Shown: one piece after another, positions 15,838 through 20,962 of the stretch
How positions within the stretch are numbered: the stretch's first letter is position 1
Layout: the number at the start of each line of letters is the position of its first letter
NCBI GenBank assembly: GCA_041694835.1
Contig: JBGFRZ010000057.1
Location: 1 to 20,962 of the forward strand
Direction: 5' to 3'
DNA: 20,962 nucleotides
Source: Ignavibacteria bacterium
GTDB taxonomy: Bacteria > Elusimicrobiota > Endomicrobiia > PHAN01
Translations under genes and position numbers: made by a program
Notes under the pieces: model-generated
What the model saw: only the letters and a program-made list of their open reading frames with translations
What the model was told of the DNA's origin: nothing
Databases searched by the model: none

Positions 15838-17258
15838 AAATTGTTTTAATACAGCCACCAAGAACAAAGGGGGCGATATTTGTAAAACTGCATAAAACCG
15901 TAAGCGAAGAAGCGGGGATTTATCCAACCCTGGGTTTGCTTTATGTAGCGACATACATTTCAACACGCACAAAACATAAAATCAAAATTATTGATTGTGC
16001 AAGTGAAAAATACGATTACACTCGGTTGAGAGAAGTTATTTTGTCTGAAAAGCCGGATATAGTCGGGATTTATTTCTGCACGGAGTATCTCTATGATTCG
16101 CTAAAAACGGCCAGGTTAGTTAAAGATATTGATAGAAAAATCATTACCGTCGCCGGTGGCCCCCATTTATTTATTTATCCAAAAGAGACGATTGCCGAAC
16201 CCGATATTGACTACTGTGTCTACGGTGAGGGTGAGGTTGCATTTGACGAATTGGTAAACTCAATTGACAAAGATGAACCACCTGAAAAAATTCCCGGCAT
16301 AATATCAAAAAAGAACACAAACAAGCGTCACGAACTTCAAAGAATTCAGGACATCAACTTATTGCCTTTTCCCGACAGGCGGTTGTTAAGTTTTAATAAA
16401 TATAAAAGTTTCATAACGTACTCAAATCCGATAACGACAATAGTCACGTCCAGAGGATGCGCATTTAATTGCTATTACTGCAACAGCATTGAAAGAGGGC
16501 AAAAAGTGCGTTTCTTAAATCCGCAAAAAGTCGTCGAGGAAATAGAAGATATAGTCAAACTCGGGCTCAGAGACATCTTGTTTTTTGATGAAAATTTTTT
16601 TTTCAATACGAAAAGAATAGAAGGAATATGCGACGAAATAATTTCAAGAAGAATTAAGATAAGATGGCACTGCAGGAGCCGCGCTGATATGAATCTTGAA
16701 AAAAGTTTTTTGAAAAAAATAGGTGATGCCGGTTGTAGAATGATTCAGTTTGGAATAGAAAGCGGCACTCAGAGGATTCAAAATTACATAAATAAAAAAT
16801 TAAACATTGAAGAAGTAAAAAAAACTATAAGGGATGTAAAAGATGCCGGGATTATGACATATGGAAATTTTATGATAGGATTACCGACTGAAACAGAGGA
16901 CGAAATGAAACATACTCTAAAGTTTGCTGTGGAGTTAAATCTTGACTATGCCTCTATTAGTACTTTCAACCCCCTGCCGGACAGCATGTTTTATAAAATG
17001 GCACTTAACGACGGAACAATCGGTAGTGACTATTGGTATGAATACGTTAAAAATCCTTCCCGTAATGTCAAGTATTACTGGTGGCCGCCACATAACAAAG
17101 AAGTAATTGATAGGTTGAATTTTGACGGCTTTAAAAAATTCTATTACAGACCGTTGTATCTGTTAAAAGCAATATTCAGAAAACAATCTATATCTCAGAA
17201 AATATGGCAACTTAAATCTGCATTTAAGGTAATTATTAATGCTCCGTCTCACAAATAG
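15834..17258 (+). CDS. Cobalamin-binding-domain radical SAM protein (class B methyltransferase-like)
   Basis: MKIVLIQPP, PTLGLLYVAT, KPDIVG, VAGGPH, DYCVYGEGE; TSRGCAFNCYYC; FFDENF; QFGIESG; FMIGLPTET. ATG 15834 is coupled via ATGA. Confidence 0.92.
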   Translation: MKIVLIQPPRTKGAIFVKLHKTVSEEAGIYPTLGLLYVATYISTRTKHKIKIIDCASEKYDYTRLREVILSEKPDIVGIYFCTEYLYDSLKTARLVKDIDRKIITVAGGPHLFIYPKETIAEPDIDYCVYGEGEVAFDELVNSIDKDEPPEKIPGIISKKNTNKRHELQRIQDINLLPFPDRRLLSFNKYKSFITYSNPITTIVTSRGCAFNCYYCNSIERGQKVRFLNPQKVVEEIEDIVKLGLRDILFFDENFFFNTKRIEGICDEIISRRIKIRWHCRSRADMNLEKSFLKKIGDAGCRMIQFGIESGTQRIQNYINKKLNIEEVKKTIRDVKDAGIMTYGNFMIGLPTETEDEMKHTLKFAVELNLDYASISTFNPLPDSMFYKMALNDGTIGSDYWYEYVKNPSRNVKYYWWPPHNKEVIDRLNFDGFKKFYYRPLYLLKAIFRKQSISQKIWQLKSAFKVIINAPSHK

Positions 17259-17274
17259 GTGAGTATTTATTATT

Positions 17275-17393
17275 GTAGTTGCCAATTTATGGGCGACAAG
17301 TTTAGAGTATAGAGATACCACCAAATATACGGTAGATACATTTACGATGAATTTCTAAACCCTCAACTTTTTGGCCGCTCAATCGGCAACTAT
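17275..17393. repeat. Degenerate inverted REP doublet enclosing heptamer repeats
   Basis: + GTAG-TT-GCCAATTTATGGGC (17275-17294); - ATAG-TT-GCCGATTGAGCGGC (17374-17393); AGTTTAG-AGTATAG units lie inside. Confidence 0.6.
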
Positions 17394-17436
17394 ACAAAAT
17401 GCGCAATTATTTGCAAGACAAAAGCAGTAGTAGAAA

Positions 17437-19743
17437 ATGAAAAAGACAAAGATAAAAAAAACACCATTATCTAAAATTAAAGAGGGCATTAAGCCACAAA
17501 ATGAAATTGTATCTACTTTGCCACAGTCAATTGTATACATCATTTTTATTGGATGGTTTATTTTTGTTTTTTCTGAATATTTTTCAAAGTTTTCTCCGGC
17601 TGTATTCGGTGGATTTTTTGCAAATTATCCCGCTCTGTCCGTTAGCAAATTGTTCCCAAGAATATATGAGGGATTATTGAATATAATTGTTGCTTTTGCG
17701 ATAATACTTTCCGGATTTGCTATAGGTGACATATTGACAAAAAAAATTCAAAAAGGAATATTTTTCAAAGAGATATCTTTCTTGGAAAAATTTGTTTTTT
17801 CAGCCGCTCTTGGTCTTGGTGTTCTTGTCTTCGTAACTTTTTCATTGGGACTCGCTGGCCTTCTCAATAAGACATTTTTCATTATTCTTGTTTTGATATT
17901 GTCTGCCGTCGGTGTTTTAAGTATATTTTCGAGTTTGAGTGCGATTAAAATTTCATCTTTTTCGTTAACCGAGAAAATCGGAGTACTTTTAATCGCTTAT
18001 ATAGCGTTTTTTAATGCCCTCGGTGCACTGACGCCTGAGACATTTTATGATTCCCAGTTTTATCAGTTAGGTATTCCTGCCAAATGGCTCCTGGAAGGAA
18101 AAATAACATCAAATATTTATATGCCTCCCTCGTTTTTTCCGTTTAATGTAAACATTTTATATATGATAGCGATGATGGTGAATAACGAAATCACAGTCAA
18201 AGTTCTCCATTGGCTTTTTGGATTATTGATGGCATTTGCTGTGTATACATTTGGCAAAAAATACTTCTCAAGAAAAGTCGGTGTGTTTGCAGCACTTATT
18301 TTTTATTCTGCGATACCTGTTATGCTTGTTTCGTGGAAATCGGCGGTGGAACTTGGCATAGGTTTTTTTGAGTTTGCGACTGTTTTTGCACTTGTGAATT
18401 TTTTTGCAAATAATGAGAAAAAATGGCTTGTTTTGAGCGGTGTTTTTTGTGGTTTTTCCCTTGGTTCAAAGTATACAAGCATCGCGTTTTCTTTTCTCCC
18501 TGCCATGCTTACAATTTTTTTATGGGGTATCGCAAAAAAAGACAAAGTTTCTATAATTTTGAAAAACACATTTATTTTTACAGCGACGGCTTTATTGGTC
18601 TGTTCACCTTGGTACATACGAAACATTGTCCATAGCGGCAATCCCGTTTTCCCGTTTTTCTGGCAGAAAATTGGTTTTTTGACAGTCCGTGCGGCCGAAG
18701 GTGCTTTATTATCGGACCCCGCAGCGCCACAATTTACATTTCTGAATTATTTTGGTTTTTTGTGGCCACTTACAATGGGGACACTTCAACAGGAGTCGTA
18801 TTTGGGGGTTTTGTTTTTGTCATTTTTACCATTTTTGTTTTTGTTTAAAAAAATTGATGATAAAATAGTATTTTTAATCCTTTACACTTTTTTATGTATT
18901 TTGTTTTGGGCTATTTTGGGAAGATATTACCTGAGATATTTCATACCTACTTTACCCGTAGTTGGTATTATTTACGCTTATTATCTGGTCAATCAAAACA
19001 CTTCTATGTATTTTAAAAATTTGCTGTTTTTGTTAGTTTTCTATATTGTTTTTAATAACGTAAACTTTGCTTCAAACATACTTAAACACACACAAGACCC
19101 AATTGGATATGTTTCGGGCATGCAGACAAAAAAAGAGTATCTGTCTACTCAAAGACCGGGTTATCCTGCACCATATTATCAGACGCTTAACTGGGCTAAT
19201 AGAAACTTGCCGAAAGAAGCCAAAATTATTTTTCTTGGAGAAACCCGCGGTTTATTTAGTGAGAGAATTTTTTATACATCCGGCGCCGGCGACTATTCAC
19301 CATTTATAGAACGTCTTAAACGAGCAAGCGGTTCCGACGAACTTTATAGTTTATTCCAAAACGACGGAATAACTCACATCTTGTTAAACATTCCTGAAGC
19401 GAAACGACTGGCGAGTTATGACATTTTTTATTTTGAAGAAAATGATTTGAATATTTTTAACGATTTCTGGAGGAAGCATGTCAGAGAGGTTTACAGGGAC
19501 ATCGCCGATATTTACCTCCCGCAGCACGGTATTGCTTCTATGAAAAGACAGCAACCTGAGTGGTGGGCGGGGTATTTCGCCGACCCGAAAAATCATGTCT
19601 ATCTATATGAAATTTTGGCCGAAGATGAAGCGAAATCAAAACCGCCTCCGTTTAATTTTCTTTTGCTCGAGGAATTTTATACGAAAAAAAGATGGCAGAA
19701 TTTACGGGGAACCGCCGGGATATTGTCAAGGGGGAACAAATGA
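17437..19743 (+). CDS. Large polytopic membrane protein, GT-C superfamily glycosyltransferase-like (ArnT/PMT_2-related)
   Basis: Well over a dozen hydrophobic segments; loop motif PETFYDSQFYQL..P; G.SLGSKYT; SPWYIRNIVHSGNPVFPF; RYFIP; soluble C-terminal domain (LNWANRNLP..AKI.FLGE, GITHIL). Confidence 0.7.
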   Translation: MKKTKIKKTPLSKIKEGIKPQNEIVSTLPQSIVYIIFIGWFIFVFSEYFSKFSPAVFGGFFANYPALSVSKLFPRIYEGLLNIIVAFAIILSGFAIGDILTKKIQKGIFFKEISFLEKFVFSAALGLGVLVFVTFSLGLAGLLNKTFFIILVLILSAVGVLSIFSSLSAIKISSFSLTEKIGVLLIAYIAFFNALGALTPETFYDSQFYQLGIPAKWLLEGKITSNIYMPPSFFPFNVNILYMIAMMVNNEITVKVLHWLFGLLMAFAVYTFGKKYFSRKVGVFAALIFYSAIPVMLVSWKSAVELGIGFFEFATVFALVNFFANNEKKWLVLSGVFCGFSLGSKYTSIAFSFLPAMLTIFLWGIAKKDKVSIILKNTFIFTATALLVCSPWYIRNIVHSGNPVFPFFWQKIGFLTVRAAEGALLSDPAAPQFTFLNYFGFLWPLTMGTLQQESYLGVLFLSFLPFLFLFKKIDDKIVFLILYTFLCILFWAILGRYYLRYFIPTLPVVGIIYAYYLVNQNTSMYFKNLLFLLVFYIVFNNVNFASNILKHTQDPIGYVSGMQTKKEYLSTQRPGYPAPYYQTLNWANRNLPKEAKIIFLGETRGLFSERIFYTSGAGDYSPFIERLKRASGSDELYSLFQNDGITHILLNIPEAKRLASYDIFYFEENDLNIFNDFWRKHVREVYRDIADIYLPQHGIASMKRQQPEWWAGYFADPKNHVYLYEILAEDEAKSKPPPFNFLLLEEFYTKKRWQNLRGTAGILSRGNK

Positions 19744-20684
19744 AGATTTTAAAAGTCCTGTTCGGGACACTCATCAGTGTATTTTTTTTGTGGTTTGTGT
19801 TCAGGAATATACATATAAGAGAAGTGTCGGAAGCAATAATGAACTCGAATATTTTCTACATTTTTCTGTTCATAGTGATAAGCGTTTTTGCGTTCGCTGT
19901 AAGATGCTACAGATGGAAGATAATAGGGCATGAAAAATACAAGAATATCCCATGGAGAAGTTTCTTTAAATCAACAAACATGGGATTGATGCTGAACGCC
20001 TTCGTTCCTATGAGGGGTGGGGATCTGTTTCAGGCATACAATTTGAGTAAAAGAGAAAATCTTTCAAAAAGCTATGTGCTTTCCACGGTTTTTGTGGAAA
20101 GGCTCGTCGATTTATTTCCGCCGATTTTCACAATTCTCATAAGCTCGATTTTTATCGTTTTGCCGAAAGAAATAACATTGACAAGGCTGTTCATTTTCAT
20201 TTTGGCTTTGAGCGGTGTTATGGTTCTTCTGATTAAGTTCGGAAGATATCTTAAATTATTGTTTAGTAAATTTCTCGCCGAGCGTCACAGCCAAAAGATA
20301 CAAGACTTAATCGACAATTTTGTTTCAGCCATCGCTCTCCTTAAAAACAGAAAAATTTTCATCGGGGTGGCGGGAATCACTGTTCTGACTTGGTCGTTAG
20401 GTGGAGCGGGGACCTTCGTAGTTCTCAAATCGATGGACATAGACCTTCCGTTTTTCGCCGCGTTTCTTGTCAATGCAATAACCGTCATAAGCGTGGCTAT
20501 ACCCTCAGCGCCGGGTTATGTCGGCACATGGGAATTTTTTGCGATGCTCGCCCTCGGAATCTTTGACGTGGAAAAAAACGTATCTTTGGGTTTCGCCCTC
20601 TTATACCATTTTCTGGCACTGCTCCCCACGATGGTTTTTGGGCTTTTTTATTTTTCAAAAGAAATTATCGCAAAAAAGAAATAG
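19740..20684 (+). CDS. Lysylphosphatidylglycerol-synthase TM domain protein (putative flippase, UPF0104 family)
   Basis: VRCYRWKII, GLMLNAFVPMRGGDL, LSTVFVERLVDL, IPSAPGYVGTWE, ALLYH. ATG 19740 is coupled via ATGA. Confidence 0.88.
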   Translation: MKILKVLFGTLISVFFLWFVFRNIHIREVSEAIMNSNIFYIFLFIVISVFAFAVRCYRWKIIGHEKYKNIPWRSFFKSTNMGLMLNAFVPMRGGDLFQAYNLSKRENLSKSYVLSTVFVERLVDLFPPIFTILISSIFIVLPKEITLTRLFIFILALSGVMVLLIKFGRYLKLLFSKFLAERHSQKIQDLIDNFVSAIALLKNRKIFIGVAGITVLTWSLGGAGTFVVLKSMDIDLPFFAAFLVNAITVISVAIPSAPGYVGTWEFFAMLALGIFDVEKNVSLGFALLYHFLALLPTMVFGLFYFSKEIIAKKK

Positions 20685-20702
20685 TACAACATTCGCCTTC
20701 TG

Positions 20703-20729
20703 AACCTATTAGAAATTTCTAACGGGATT
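20703..20729. repeat. Minimal relative of the 9518-9584 element
   Basis: Perfect palindrome TTAGAAATTTCTAA (20709-20722); the right arm TTCTAACGGG is identical to 9573-9582. Confidence 0.65.
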
Positions 20730-20757
20730 GACAAGGCTCATTCGTTTTTGATACAAT
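20728..20757 (+). promoter_or_regulatory. Sigma70 promoter
   Basis: Consensus TTGACA (20728-20733), 18-nt spacer, extended TGn plus TACAAT (20752-20757), immediately before a CIRCE. Confidence 0.8.
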
Positions 20758-20758
20758 A

Positions 20759-20785
20759 TTAGCAGTCTAAGGTAAAGAGTGCTAA
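20759..20785 (+). promoter_or_regulatory. CIRCE element (HrcA operator)
   Basis: TTAGCAGTC-N9-GAGTGCTAA; one mismatch to the consensus TTAGCACTC-N9-GAGTGCTAA, at the predicted transcription start. Confidence 0.93.
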
Positions 20786-20805
20786 TATAGAAAAGAATTA
20801 AAAAG

Positions 20806-20934
20806 CCTGCCCTGAGCGGAGTCGAAGGGTAAGGAATAAGAAGATATAGACGGGAGACGGTAGATGGGAGACGGGAGACATTGTAGCCGCATCGTCTTAA
20901 GATGCCCACGAGCCACGAGTCACGATCTGCGATT
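20806..20934 (+). repeat. Stack of small repeats in the leader downstream of CIRCE
   Basis: CCTGCCCTGAGCGGAGTCGAAGGG (20806-20829); AGACGGG-type heptamers x4.7 (20848-20880); GTAG-CC-GCATC..GATGC hairpin (20883-20905); CACGAGC-CACGAGT-CACGATC (20907-20927). Confidence 0.7.
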
Positions 20935-20962
20935 CCTGTCCTTAATTTTGCATTTTTAATTT

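Noticed and set aside
13392-17258. RiPP cluster with rSAM/SPASM maturases
   Set aside because: No precursor peptide, PqqD/RRE domain, peptidase or exporter is present; the context is entirely sugar metabolism.
461-20488. The many minus-strand and alternative-frame ORFs of 60-160 aa overlapping the main genes
   Set aside because: They are shadows of well-supported + strand genes and show no recognisable motifs or RBSs.
20709-20909. Minus-strand 66-aa ORF (SRLPSTVSRL...PSTPLRAG...NPVRNF)
   Set aside because: It is a concatenated translation of repeat modules running across the promoter and CIRCE.

Overview
AT-rich bacterial window with every convincing gene on the + strand. Left part (402-7589): nitroreductase, HD-domain phosphohydrolase, then a housekeeping run lepA-lepB-nfeD-SPFH/qmcA-hemW. 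Right part (7638-20684): a 13-kb co-directional envelope glycosylation cluster. It encodes a polyprenol-phosphate-type GT2, two GT4s, an extended SDR epimerase lacking the catalytic Tyr, a sugar-1-P nucleotidyltransferase, three consecutive radical SAM enzymes (two cobalamin-binding, one Twitch/SPASM), a large GT-C-like membrane protein and an LPG-synthase-TM flippase-like protein. The window ends with a sigma70 promoter and a CIRCE (HrcA) operator for a gene outside the window. Most longer intergenic spacers, and two coding regions, carry small repeats: GTAG-footed REP-like hairpins with compensatory changes, 7-8-mer tandem arrays, and a cloverleaf palindromic element inserted in frame in a GT4. 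The most novel-looking items are the radical-SAM sugar-tailoring plus lipid-carrier glycosylation pathway and the palindromic elements that invade ORFs and promoters. All functional calls come from motif recognition by eye; no searches were run.
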